Part shown: positions 1 through 12,107 of the stretch, one piece after another
Layout of the letters: the number at the start of each line of letters is the position of its first letter
Position numbering within the stretch: position 1 is the stretch's first letter
Origin: Ascidiella aspersa
Lineage: Eukaryota
Length of the DNA stretch: 64,000 nucleotides
Reading direction: 5' to 3'
Assembly: GCA_963924565.1 (NCBI GenBank)
Contig: OZ004614.1
Span: 25,482,001 to 25,546,000 of the forward strand
Notes under the pieces: generated by a model
Databases searched by the model: none
Seen by the model: only the letters and a program-made list of their open reading frames with translations
Told to the model about the DNA's origin: nothing
Position numbers and translations under genes: made by a program

Positions 1-1454
1 AACGCATTCCACGTGTTAAGCTAGTTGACGTTGTTCAGTTATTATAAAATGGGCGCCAACTAAACCCTGGGAAATAGTACTCAGCATATTTCATGGATTT
101 ATATAGATTCAACATTGAGACCGTAAGCTTAGCGTTGAATGCTTGGAATGTATATGTGACGTAATATACCAAGCTAGGGAAGTTTCTTTGGGGTTGGGCT
201 CTCCCGAACGAAGCAATTTAAACCATTGTGATACATTTTTAAATAAGTCATAAAACTATGCATCATTGTTTGAGCGTTCTAGCTACACATTGCGTATCAT
301 CGGTGAGGATTTTAAGCTGCAAAGCCAATCAAATATGCAACGTGAAGGGCCTCATTGTTTGAACGTTCGAATTAAACAATGAGCATTGCCAACGTCATAA
401 TAGTGGAAATCGTAAAAATTAAATTCAGATAAAAAGTAAAATAATTTCTTTTCAAATAACAAGAGCTTGAAATGTCAGTCGAAAGCGTGGAAGGAATAAG
501 TGACGTAATTTACCAAGTGAGGGAACTTTCTTTACAATGGCCCTACCTTATATAATGCATACCATGTTTACATCACGAAGTTATTATAGAGTCATTAGGA
601 CATCCGTTCAAATAGCGGAACATTATATGCCGCTGTATATTTAGATACCAGCATATCGCAATATTAAAGCCTCGCCTACAAATCTTTTACTAATTTGGTA
701 TGAGCGGTATTCTTTGATATCTATACGTTGTATATAACATACAGCTGTTGGTTCTTTTACATACAGATTGGGATAACACATAGCTCATCTTTGGATAACA
801 TATAGCTGATAATGGAATAACATATAGACAAGATTGATATAAAATGTAGCTCGAAATAAATTTACCGAACGGTTTAAACTTGATATTTTTAAAAGAGTTT
901 TTTTTTCTTTTGATTTATGTGTTGAAATAAAGACACTTGGTCTGCAATTTTTATCTTCCATCGCGAAATGACGTTTGTTTTTGGTATTGTTCCGATCGAA
1001 AAGACCTACGTAACAAAACACACGATTGCTACGTCACAAACCTAATCGAACTTGGAATCTTATCGGCGTCTGAAAATCACGCACGGAAATCGTACAAAAG
1101 ATGGCATCGGTATTAACACGCTACATTAGATGTTGCCAGGTGCTTTAAATTATGCAGTTGAAATAACTACGTGACTCCGAACATGAAATTTGACACTCAG
1201 AAACGTTGAATTGCTGTCGCTATCTCTATTTCTATTCAAAAGGTTCCTTAGCTTAACATGCGATGGCAATCATTTCCTTTAAGATAGGCATTGTTGTGCT
1301 ATTTATAGTCAACCCATAGAATGGTAGATTTCATGGTAAACGCTGGGTATAGGCACATTTAGAACGCTCGGGTCTGAATGAATGGCGGGTGTACGGTCAT
1401 TGGGACCGCTTGCAAACGCCTACAGTCCTACATTTAAGGTCATGTCCCTTTGCG

Positions 1455-1701
1455 GCTGTGCTTCTTAACCTTTTTTGTGCGGGACCCGAATGCTATGCGT
1501 AGATATGACATCGAAACTTTGGCCCAATTCTCATGACTGAACGTTTTAAGAGGGATAACATGAAACAAATACCTTAACTAAATTGGTTTCTAAAACTATG
1601 AAGACATCTTGCTTAAAAGTAACCCCGTTAATTTTAACCAAGTGAACAACTAGGGTCGGCGACGTAATTTTAGGTCGCAACCCATAGGTTGAAAAACACT
1701 G
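1455..1701. mobile_element. hAT-type MITE (family B)
   Basis: ctgtgcttcttaaccttttt..gggacccg ... ggtcgcaacccataggttgaaaaacactg. Confidence 0.55.
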
Positions 1702-2488
1702 CGTTACAAAACCGAATGCTGTGTGAAGAGCTCAAGTTGATCGTAATTAAACACGTGCAACGTGCGTTATACATGAGTAGTAAAAGTTAAGGTGATTTAG
1801 ATAATTTATGGAACTTGAATCGTCCATTCAGTGCTACAGAAAAAAAATAATTCAATCAAGGAAAATATTGGAGATATATAAGTGGAATTAGACTACAGTT
1901 ACAGACAAATATTTCTTTGGTCAATATGGAATCAGATTGCATACAAAAGGAGTTGTTAAAATAGAACATTAGATTACCGTGATTGATTTGCAGAAACCTG
2001 GTATTATTGATTTCGTGTTCTTACGGCGTATTCCATTGTGTGGCAGTTTAAAACGTGTAAATGAAGCATGTTTGACATTTTGCGACGCAATTAAATAAAG
2101 GTTGGATTGAAATGTAATGCGCAAGTCGGCATTTTAATGTCGTTAAGCTGATGGAAGAAGATTCTGCAATATCTCCACATGAATTGTTTAAACAAATTAA
2201 AATTTAACAATTGCTTTTTGGTCAATTTTCAACAAATATTAACAAAAAATTCTCATGTGTTCATGAATATTTGCTTAATGCTCTTTTAACTTTGGATCAT
2301 TATTTATTTAGTTATTTGTGAAAAATGCCGAGAAGTCCTGGAAAAATCAGGCAAATCTAAAATAGTTCTAAGTTATTCAGAAATGATAAATATATGTTTC
2401 AGTCGTTTTCAATTTCCGCTTTTTAGAGTTTGAGGAATCAAAGTCTTAATGATATAAAAATAAAAAAAAATAGGTTTTATTTTCTCAC

Positions 2489-2765
2489 CTTCGCTTTTTC
2501 CGTTTCCGCTTCGTCTCGGGGCTCGGGGTTCGAACTCACGACCTTCGGAACTTCGTCGACCGGCGACGGGGGCTTTTCGGGTTCCTTGGGGGCGTGAATA
2601 GGGGTGAAAACGTTCTCGTAGGGGTGAACCCCATTAATGTGAACGTTCTCGTAAGACGCGGGTCGACTTTTGTTGTTGTTTTCTGTTGTTGCTGTTATTT
2701 GTTTGTTGTTGTTGTTGGTTGTTGGTTTTTCGTTGTCCGAATCATCGAGAAGGTAGGTGACCTCC
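2489..2765 (-). CDS. Shroom: Shroom exon R (REVTYLLDDSD...RDEAETEKAK); phase 2 to 0; probably just before ASD2
   Basis: ttctatag| acceptor, AAG|gtgaga donor; ORF 2477..2776. The acidic...KxK end resembles the segment preceding the vertebrate ASD2 helix (from memory). Confidence 0.85.
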
Positions 2766-3261
2766 CTATAGAACATTGTGTTTGTTTAATATGACGTATT
2801 TTTTTAGAGAATATTTTGGTCATTTCGAATCATTGTTTCTTCCTTGGCAAAAATGTAAAAAAATATGATTTTTATTGAGTCGAGCGAATGAATCTATTTC
2901 AAGTACGAATTTAAAAATCGATTAGTTTAAGAAAGTTGAATTTCCTGGGAGTAGATTTTCGCTGTTTTTAATTTTTTTTTTAGAAAAAAAGTTGAAATAA
3001 AATTTATCAGAAAATAGCTACGTTAGCAGAACACCACCACGCAAGGGCGAATGACACCGAACACTCGTAGTACAATATGTGAAAAAAAAAGAAAAAATGT
3101 AAGAAAAAGCGCGAGGTAAAACACGATATAAAAACAATTATCGATAAAAAAAAATTAATGGGTGAAAAAAATTGTAAAAAAATGTTGGGAGCTCGAATTA
3201 TTTCAAAGGGGCACTTATGTCAGCCAAGTTTGGAAACAAGGGCATATTTCACAGAACTTAC

Positions 3262-3399
3262 CTGTAAGTGTCATGCGTCGTTGGTGTTCTGGAAGCTTCC
3301 CTGTCCACGTCATCCCCTCCCTGCTTCAGTCGGTTGCTAGGATCCAATGGAACGCACTCAGCCGTGAAGAAACCAGCCTGTGACGTCGGCGAAAGAGCG
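3262..3399 (-). CDS. Shroom: Shroom exon Q (SALSPTSQAGFFTAECVPLDPSNRL...THDTY); phase 2 to 2
   Basis: tttcgacag| acceptor, CAG|gtaagt donor; 138 nt open. Confidence 0.75.
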
Positions 3400-4539
3400 C
3401 TGTCGAAACGAACATGGGGTTAAGTTCGGTCATCGCCCATATACAGGTTACTTTGGGTCAGTTAAAGTTAGCTTTTCTTAACTGGCCTTTGACCCATCAC
3501 TTTTTAAGGGACACTGGCAGTCTTTAGGTGCCACAATTAAATAATATAAAAACGCAAATATGCTAAACGCAAATATGTCGATTTTATGACTCTGAAACCT
3601 CTCTTGTGAGAAGTTGTGACGTTATGTGAAGTATATTTGTTATCCTGGCAAGTGTTGTCCACCCATGGAAGGGGGAATGATCCATCAATTGTTGTGAACA
3701 ACTGGTTTAAATGCTTCAAAATGGGCATTAAGATGGCGGAACATTCTACCTGGAATTTTTTTTGTAAAGTTTGCTTATTTGTGATCTTAGCGAAAAGAAG
3801 GTGCTGTAGCAAAGTTTTCGTGGCCAGTAAAAAGTCTTTTTTGTATCCAAGAAAATATTCATATTTTATGTTTCATTCTCAAAACTATTTTAGGTAAAAA
3901 TGTTTACAAGTAAGCTATTTAGATTTGAGCGCTATAAACGTTATAAATGTAACAACACGTACGTAAAGCAAGTTCGATTAAAACAGCTGAAAATACGGCC
4001 TAGAAATATGCCTTAACAAAAACAGGCATTGTAGCAAATAGGCAATGACATAAAAAAAAATTTGTGTGAGGAGGACACTATTTAGTTCTGTCTTTTTTGA
4101 CATACATATTTGAAAAAAAGGTAAAAAGCGTGAAGTTAATAATTGCTATAGTGGTTAACTACAAGGGGTGTTTTTATCTTTTTCAGGTTTGTGATTTAAA
4201 TAGGAGGAAACGTTTTTCATAATTACCCCCTCTTTTAACGCGCCCTGGTAGCTACAGGTTGTTGCAACCCAGACGGTCTGACAAGTCTGTGTTTACTGTT
4301 TATATGATGATGGCAATTAATAAGCGCGCGTGATATGACTCGAAAGAAACCTTCATCGGCCGGTTTAACACAACATGGTTCTCTTTGTACAGTATTTCGT
4401 ATAATTTCAACATATCAGCGGCATAAACGACTTGCTTTAATGATAAAAGCCTGATAATACCAAACTTCAACAATTGGCCTTTTTCTCATTTATTTTCGTC
4501 TCCTTTACCTCAGCAACAAAATGCACCTACTTTTGTTTT

Positions 4540-4900
4540 AAGGCCTATACATATATCATTATAAAGGCCAATTTTAACATTTTTTAAAATCTTTTTTACA
4601 ACTCAGTGGCAAAAAACGCTAGCCTTTGGGACAGCAGCCTGGCTAAAGCTTAAAAAGAGTTGAATTGCAAGACAAAAATAACCGACTTTTTTAAAATGGT
4701 CATATGTTTTGAAAGCCTAGAAGTGTTATTACAAAGGCCATTTCTAACAAAAGTCATTTTTCCAAAAAAGTATATATTTTTTACACATTAGTGGCAAAAA
4801 TAGTAGATTTCGGAACAACAGAATAGCTAAACATTTAAAAGAGTAGCGATTTTAAACCAAAAGTAGCCGATTGTGTTTCAATTGACTATAAAAAGTGGCC
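4540..4900. repeat. Degenerate tandem duplication, about 180-nt units
   Basis: aaaggcca.tt.taaca ... agtggcaaaaa ... gctaaa....taaaagagt ... ccga repeated. Confidence 0.55.
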
Positions 4901-6241
4901 ACTAAATGAGATGACAGCTCATTGCAATGCATCCGCTTTGCAAGGGAAACATGTCAAGGCCTAATTACGCCAAATTAACCGCCTGACATCGCCTTGCACA
5001 AACATGCCGTTGTTAAGCTGGTTCTGCTAAAGTGTTAGAACATGAAAGGGATTCGCAGAACACATTTAGGCGCAATTAACAGTGTGTGACATTCTATACG
5101 CAATATATTTGCGAATGTTTTATTATCTTTACACTGTTTCGCAAGTAATTAGTTAGAAGTTTTGTAATGTTTAAATGCCAACATTGACAGTTATTCTTAC
5201 AAAAAAAGAATGTTGAAAGCACTTGCGGCATTCGTAGAATGTGGCGGGGCTGTACACTACCCATTTGATTCATGAACCTAAAATCTGAACTTTTAACGGC
5301 CAACACTAAACCAGACGTGCTAAGATTTGGTTTTTGTGGTTTTTAGACGCAACCTAACAATTCCAGGCGATCCCCACTAAAATTCGACAAAAAAGTGTTG
5401 TTTTTTTTGAACAACCGTACAATACACTTTACCCTTTCTTTCATGGCGGGGCAGCAACCCAAAAACGAGATACAAAAGAAAACAGTCACAAAAGAGTGTT
5501 GAAATTATGAATAAACTGTCCATGGCATTCGTATAGTGTGGCGAGGTGAAGCGAACCAACTGTGATAGCTTAACTTGGTGCCTTGCAACATGCAAGCCCC
5601 ACTTTGTGTACGTGGTTGAGTTATTCACCGTTAAACTGTGTTCGCTACTAACGCAACTTTGATGACCAATGTAACCAGGTAGTGTTAGCGGGTTGTCACA
5701 CTTACAGGTTGAATGTACCTTACTTTGAATGGTGTTTAGCCTAGTTTGGCCACAAGTCATGATGCGAATTAAACAAGTTTAAGTAGAAATGGTTAAATAT
5801 TTGAAAATTAAGCGCACCTTTACAAACAGAACGTACTTTTAGTGATATTTGAAACTATTTCTCTACTCCTTAAATTACTGTAATAAGTCTTATTAAAAAC
5901 TTCTACTAAAAATGCGTTATTAAAATACATTATTTAGAAGGTAAAATGCGTTTTAACCCAAAACTAGTAGTTTTTTTAACCAAAGCGGAAAAGGCAAATA
6001 ACTTTCCGTTGAGTAACGAACAACGAAATTCTGACACGCGACCAACAAAAACCAAAACATTTACGTTTCCGAAAAAAAAGGAAAAACTGTTTACGCATCA
6101 AGCCAAAGTGGCCAAACTCTTTTTCCCAACGTTTCCGCTCTCGTCCATTTAACAAGGCCAGCGTCAACTTGATGGACACTTTTTTTCGAAAGTTCTTTTT
6201 CCGCTAAAAGCATTCCCTTTGTGCAATTCGCGAGTCATTAC

Positions 6242-6267
6242 CTCAGTATTTGCGTCATAAGGTCCAT
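6242..6267 (-). CDS. Shroom: Candidate alternative first coding exon for a short C-terminal isoform (MDLMTQIL-)
   Basis: gcgaccATGG Kozak context, GAG|gtaatg donor, phase 2 matches exons Q and R. Confidence 0.5.
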
Positions 6268-9096
6268 GGTCGCCCTGATTTTGCTGCTTTCCCTTAAAAA
6301 GGCAAGTCTTTGGGTGTTTTTTGCGATTTGGGAAGCAACAAACAATACCTTAACGCACTTCCTACGTCTGTCAGATGCAAAAAAACGTAAACTAGATCAG
6401 ATTGGAGCACGACTTTCAATCTAGTTTACCGCTTGAATAACCTGGCATATCAGCGATGTTTAGCCTGTAAGCATATTTGCTTTGCTTGGCGTAAAGTACA
6501 AGCAATAAGACTATCCCTTGCAATATAAAGTGAAATCAATTGGTGTTGTATAAGCAAACGCGTTGACGCAAATTAGACACGTTTGGGACATTTTCAAAAT
6601 GAAACTAATTTATATTGAATATGTCCAAGCATTTTTGGACGTTTCAAATAAATCCCAATTTGTTTTCAACATTTTATTTGTCTAAATATTTCTCAAAATG
6701 CTACACACTTCTGTATGGGCTTTAATATTTATTCTACGTCTAACTACAACCTCAATCATTATCCTTAGATTTATTTAAAACGCTCAAAATGCATGGGCTT
6801 TAATTCATACTAAGTCTAACTACGACATCCAGCCATCAAGCACCGAAATTTGTTTAGATTACAATAGCAATCTAAAAAATCTCGAAACCCTTAAGCTAAA
6901 CAATGCTGCATTTAACCAACGCTTCCTTAAAGCATAATGGCGCGTATATAGACTTCAACGGCCTTAATTAACTGTAGTTTAAAAGCCATTTAAAAGGCTT
7001 GCATCAATCTAGAATTAAAATTACATCAATCTAGGAAACAATTTTCAACCGGCGACTTTACCCAGGACCTATCTTGTCATTCGGGCTTATACAAAGCAGG
7101 GACACGATTAATCAGCACGCGCGTGCTGCCTCTGTGACGTAACAAAGAGGAAGAAGCGTCGATTATGTCATCACAATGCCGATATGTACTATGGCCGGAC
7201 TGTGTATGTGGTTTACGTGAGGGCAGGGGTGAAAATGATTTGTTGGGGTTTGGTGGTAATATGGCTGGGTTTATTGTAATAAGCTTGAAAGGGTTGGTTT
7301 TGATTCAGCCGCTTATTTTTCTGTTTATATCAAACTGAAAAAAATGAAATGTTAAAAAAAGGCTACAAGTTGTAATATTAGAGCTTTTGTGACAATTATT
7401 TAAAATAAATTAAAAACGGTGTGGTTAAAATAAGTCGTTCAAAGAAGGTTTTGATTTTAAGCTTTCGATGGCTTTTTAGATTCTTATGCGGTTTATACAC
7501 AGTTTATAGTTACATATTTTCATAAGAATTAATTAGAGTTTTAATAAATGCACCAAAAGTTTACCACGAGTAGTGAATCGGGACATAGGATTTTTTTGCA
7601 ATTTTTCAGAACGTTTATTCCCGTATTGCAATACTTTGACAGAAATATCATCTTTATGCAGTCTGCGATTTCCCTATATTTTAACGCTTTTTTATTCGCA
7701 ATGTCAAACTGAAGTTTTAAATGTATAAAATGGCTACAAGTATTGTTAACCTCAATCATTTCGAACTCTGCGCATGACTGCACAGCATCACGCTTTGGCA
7801 ACCTTTTGGCGGGTAATGGTCGGTTTTTGGCGCGCCAGAAAAGCGAAGTGGACAGTTTGTAAAAATGGGGCCAAAATTGTCGGTGGATATCGCCAAACAT
7901 GGAAATGCCAGTAAGGTCCAGTTTTTTTTTACACGAACAACGCTTGAAATGTCAACGAGCGCGAATATAAATTGTAATATACACGAGATTTAGCGGATGC
8001 GACCCAAAGTATCGATTTAATGATAGAATTATTTAAATCACGTCCGGGAAGAAACTACTGTTTAATTTCAAAGAAAGAGTTAGTTGCAACCCTTTTTCAT
8101 CGCATACCATAACCAACACAAGCCCAAACTAACACTAATTTTTAATTATTTTTGGACAGATTAATTATGAAATTGACCTTTTTCTTACGTTTAACAATTA
8201 GCAGTTTGAAATTATTAAAACGAAAGACGCGGGTATTACGTGTACAACTTGAAAATAAGTACAGCGGCGTTTTGTACAAAGGGGTAACAATTTTTCATAA
8301 CAAACATTAAGTTTTCAAACATTTAGTGCCAGTTGTTGCACGGTACAGACACCAAGAACACGCGCTGTCTAAAAGCAAAGTCGCAAAACGCGCTGTAACA
8401 GCACGTAAATTGGCGATTGTGTAGCCGGGGGATATTCAATTCGTCGTTAATAATCACTAATCACAGTACTGTTAACAACTAGACAACGTACCGAGACCTT
8501 TTGGTAAGAAGAAGCGATAATTGACGCAAAAAATCCAGCGATTATGGTAAGAAGCAGCTGTTCTGGTGACATACTATCCGCTCAAGTACGACATTGTTTA
8601 GGCGTTGTCTCGCAAATGCGATAATAATGTGGCGACGTGTGGAGAAAGTGATATAACGTGAGGTGGTCGCATAACTTGAATGTTAATGGATGCTTTAAAC
8701 ATTTGAAGGCTTTTTCAGCCTTCAAAAGTTTTGTTTTGTATTTAAAAAGTTCAAACTAGGTTGAAAATGAACTAAGATATATTTAAATCGTTCAAATTGC
8801 TACCTACTTCTATATAGGCTTTTGATATTCTTAATACTTCCTAAACTAGAAGTTTAACCTTTCCTACTTTGTTTTTCTACCGAAAAACATTAAGCCACTG
8901 TAGAATGATAACGATTGTGCAACCCAGTCTTAATCGCCTATAACAAGATGTATATCGAAGAGGCATTAACTGTTAGTTTAATGCCAGTTAAATTATCAAC
9001 TTTAAATATGGACATTTACTTTTTAAATGGCTTTATTTCGAAGCTCCCTTCACATTATGAAGTTCATTTCAGTCGATCGCTAATATTTTTATTCAA

Positions 9097-9475
9097 TGAC
9101 GTCATGGCGTGAAGTGTACGGTGAGGTCGCTGTAGTTTGTGATGTCACATAACTATACCTACAGCGATGTTTTACTTGAGTTAATATCGACGCATAACAT
9201 CATTTTGAAGACCAAACAAAAGGGAACCTAAAACGTGTTTTTGTGATGTCGTGATACAACATTTGTAGTGACGTCATAATTTAAGAAATACAAAACGTCA
9301 CCACAAGGCCAACAGTGACGTCATGAATATGATCGATTCTTTAAAATCTACTTACGGAGTGCCAATGTGTTTTTCAATAATTAATTAAATGATTAAGTTT
9401 ATATCGTCACAATGTAACATTTAAATGATGCCATATTACGACACGTCATAATTTGACAGTTTATTGACGTCACAA
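9097..9475. promoter_or_regulatory. Cluster of CRE-like (TGACGTCA / TGATGTC) motifs
   Basis: Perfect TGACGTCA near 9098, 9269, 9316 and 9466, plus about four near-matches, within 380 nt. Confidence 0.4.
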
Positions 9476-9482
9476 TGCTCAC

Positions 9483-10067
9483 CTTGGCGCTGTGTCGGTT
9501 TTCTCAGGTATCTGTGGTGGAGGGGGTGGGGGAGGGGGCAGGTCGTCGGTGCTTCCCCTGGCCCCAAGCTGCTTGTTCTGGGCGACAAACTTCCTCACAA
9601 GCTCACCCTTGGCGTCACCCTGGGGCTCAGGGGGCGGTGGGGGCGGGGGAATTCCCTTTCCAGACGCCATCTTGGCCGCCTGCGTTTTCTTAAACGAAGT
9701 CGATCGCTTCACCTTCTCGATAATCGCGTTCACTCGCTCGTCGTTCACAGGCTTGGGGGGTTCGGCCGGGGGAGGCGCCTGTGACGTAACAGTGGGCTTC
9801 GGGTCGTCGTTGTTGATGCGCAGCTCGATCTTGGTCACGTGACTTCGCCGCTGCTCGTCGCCCGACTCACCGTCGCCCTCTCGTGACGAGCGCTTGAGTT
9901 TTTTCTTTTCCTTCTTGACTCTGTAGGTGTTGGTGTTGAACGGCATCTTGCGCATCGGGGCGGCCTTGGCCGGTTCCACTGGCTCCTTCGGTTCCACTGG
10001 CGCCGCTGGTTCCGCTGCTGCCGGTTCCGCGACTGCGTCGTGGTGGATTGCAAGGGGGGAAAGGTTC
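9483..10067 (-). CDS. Shroom: Shroom exon P, Pro-rich (NLSPLAIHHD...DDLPPPPPPPPQIPEKTDTAP); phase 2 to 2
   Basis: cttcccag| acceptor, AAG|gtgagc donor; ORF 9479..9997; poly-Pro EVH1/SH3-type ligands. Confidence 0.9.
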
Positions 10068-10388
10068 CTGGGAAGATTAAAAGGCTCGATTCAGTGCTTC
10101 TTAAAATGGGGGTTATTTCTTTAAAGTGTTTAGGGTGTTACACATTACAAGAAAGGCCGGCGAATCCAGTGCGCACATTTTCTGGGGTAAATTATTTTAT
10201 TTGAACTATTTTAAGCTACGCGAAAATACACATGATAGCAAGCTAACATCCCAACCGACGGTCGACAAATGTTCCAGACGAACCAAGGTTAAATATAGGG
10301 TTTGTTACCGGTTTAATAATATGTCGCTTTAAACTTGGAATAATAAAATATACTTGGCCAACTGGCGTTTCACCGGTGTAAGTAATTA

Positions 10389-10442
10389 CTCACGACCATG
10401 GTGAAATCGGGACCGTCGCTCTACCAACTGAGCTACACAGAC
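10389..10442 (-). mobile_element. Second, 3'-truncated copy of the tRNA-like element
   Basis: GTCTGTGTAGCTCAGTTGGTAGAGCGACGGTCCCG...GGTCGTGAG; intact A box. Confidence 0.7.
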
Positions 10443-10583
10443 TCAGAGGAGCATAATTACTGGAGGTTGTAGTTAGACATGGAATGAATCAAATCCCATA
10501 CAGAAGTAGGTTGCATTTTGTATTACATACATAATGAGCATGTTTCTAAACACTTAAACGTGCTGATTCCTGTCCGTAAAACT

Positions 10584-10659
10584 AACCTGTGGTGAGGTTC
10601 GAACTCACGACCTCGGTCATACCGGGACCGTCGTTCTACCTACTGAACTACACACAGGC
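10584..10659 (-). mobile_element. tRNA-derived SINE head / tRNA-like pseudogene (nominal GGT anticodon)
   Basis: Acceptor GCCTGTG/CACAGGT, D arm GTTC-AGTAGGTA-GAAC, anticodon arm CGGTC-CCGGTAT-GACCG, variable loop AGGTC, T arm GTGAG-TTCGAAC-CTCAC; small insertions and C instead of U33. Confidence 0.75.
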
Positions 10660-10924
10660 TCAGAGGGGAGTAAGTCGAGAAACAACCTTAGCATTTCGGA
10701 GCATAATGGCTTGAGGTTGTAGTCAGACGTAGAAAAAATATCAAAACTTATGCAGAAGTAGGTTGCATTTTTTGGACGTTTTTGTCAGTAAATCTGCAGA
10801 TAATGGCTGGAGGTTCTAGTAGGAATGAATAAGTCCATATAGAAATAGGTTGCATTTTGTGAACGTTTCGAACAACTCTTTATTCATATTAAATAAAAAC
10901 AACACCGTTTCTCAAGCAACTCAC

Positions 10925-11095
10925 AGCACGATTTTATCGCGGTAATTTGTGGGTGAAGTTGGCGACTTTTGGTGGAGGAGAGGTGAGCCTTGCTCGTTGG
11001 CTTCATCCACTGTGGGAAACTTCCCGATGGAAGTGGAGGAAGTGTTGGAGAGAGTGGAGAGAGAACTCACCGTGGTGGAGGAAGAAGCGCTGCTG
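10925..11095 (-). CDS. Shroom: Shroom exon O, Ser/Thr-rich and probably a cassette (SSSASSSTTVSSLSTL...NYRDKIV); phase 2 to 2
   Basis: ctcctgcag|cagcag acceptor, CT|gtgagt donor; 171 nt open; skippable in frame. Confidence 0.72.
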
Positions 11096-11622
11096 CTGCA
11101 GGAGGAACAATAGGAGGATTGTTAGAAGAACAATGGGAGGTTTATTAGAGGAACAATGGCAGAAAGGGAACTGAATGGACATTATTTATGGCAAGGGTCG
11201 GAAATCTTTTTAGGTGAGCAAGCAATAAAAGCCAATACTTTCGGTTGTATTTCCATGAGGAGCATAGAATATTTTTTAACATCTAGTTTAGGTTGGCAAA
11301 AACTATGGGAGAATTACAGGAGGAACATTTGTGGTATAGGATTTGGTAAAGAAGATCCACATAAGTAAGTTTATAAAAATGCTTAGTTAAGATGGTTAAG
11401 TAGAGAGGATGTTTTTAAAGGTTTGAAAATTTTTTTTTCATGAAAATAACAAAAAGATAGATTAGAGAAGCTAGATTAGAAGAAAAAACATGCAAGAAGC
11501 GGGCCCGAACTGAGATTTTGCGGTAAAAAGTTTGAGAAAAAAATATCAGTTTAAAAGAAGACTAGAGGAGGACCCATGATTAGAGTTAATCAAACCTAAA
11601 GTTAGATTCTTTTATGTCCTAC

Positions 11623-11693
11623 CTGTTTGAGTATCTCTTCTTTGGTCTCGTTCTTGGTGGCGGGTGGACGTGAGAATCCTTCTTGTCGGGACT
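11623..11693 (-). CDS. Shroom: Shroom exon N (SPDKKDSHVHPPPRTRPKKRYSN); phase 0 to 2
   Basis: ttttcag| acceptor, CAG|gtagga donor. Confidence 0.83.
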
Positions 11694-11765
11694 CTGAAAA
11701 ACGCAACGGAAATGGTTTAAATCCTATACAGGGTTGCTACACAATTTTATGAAAAATATTTATAC

Positions 11766-11830
11766 CAGTGATTCCCAAACTGCACCGCGGCATACTAGTG
11801 TGCCTCAAGAGATTGTCAAGTGTGCCGCGA
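11766..11830. mobile_element. hAT-type MITE end fragment
   Basis: cagtgattcccaaact..ccgcggca.actagtgtgcc..gagattgtcaagtgtgccgcg terminal pattern. Confidence 0.45.
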
Positions 11831-12006
11831 AACCGCGAATTTTGGAAATAGGCACGAAAGCATTTTCAGACTTGAATGCGCACTATCCATTACAGATTAA
11901 TAATATTAAAACATTTACATATAGCTTGTCGTGTGTTAAAAGGGCGATTTTTTTTAATATTGTTTTGACGCTACTAACTCAGCCGAGAAGTAAGTAATAA
12001 ACTCAC

Positions 12007-12107
12007 AGTGTGCTGTGACTTTATGATTGGACTTGACACGGATCTGTCTCTTCGTGGAGGTGAAAGATTATCAAGGGAATCATCAAGGTGATCTCGCGAT
12101 TCCGTTC
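12007..12107 (-). CDS. Shroom: Shroom exon M (GTESRDHLDDSLDNLSPPRRDRSVSSPIIKSQHT); phase 1 to 0
   Basis: tttcttag| acceptor, ACT|gtgagt donor. Confidence 0.83.

Noticed and set aside
1-2488. ASD2 exons
   Set aside because: I could not find a phase-0 exon with an ASD2-like translation; it is presumably beyond the left edge
9464-10124. Plus-strand ORFs (9464, 9475, 9492, 9927) and similar ORFs at 20342-20899 and 21909-22551
   Set aside because: They are antisense shadows of GC-rich Shroom exons and have no independent gene structure
10584-10659. Functional tRNA-Thr(GGT) gene
   Set aside because: Extra nucleotides after the acceptor and D stems, C in place of U33, atypical anticodon and a degenerate neighbouring copy; treated as SINE-like
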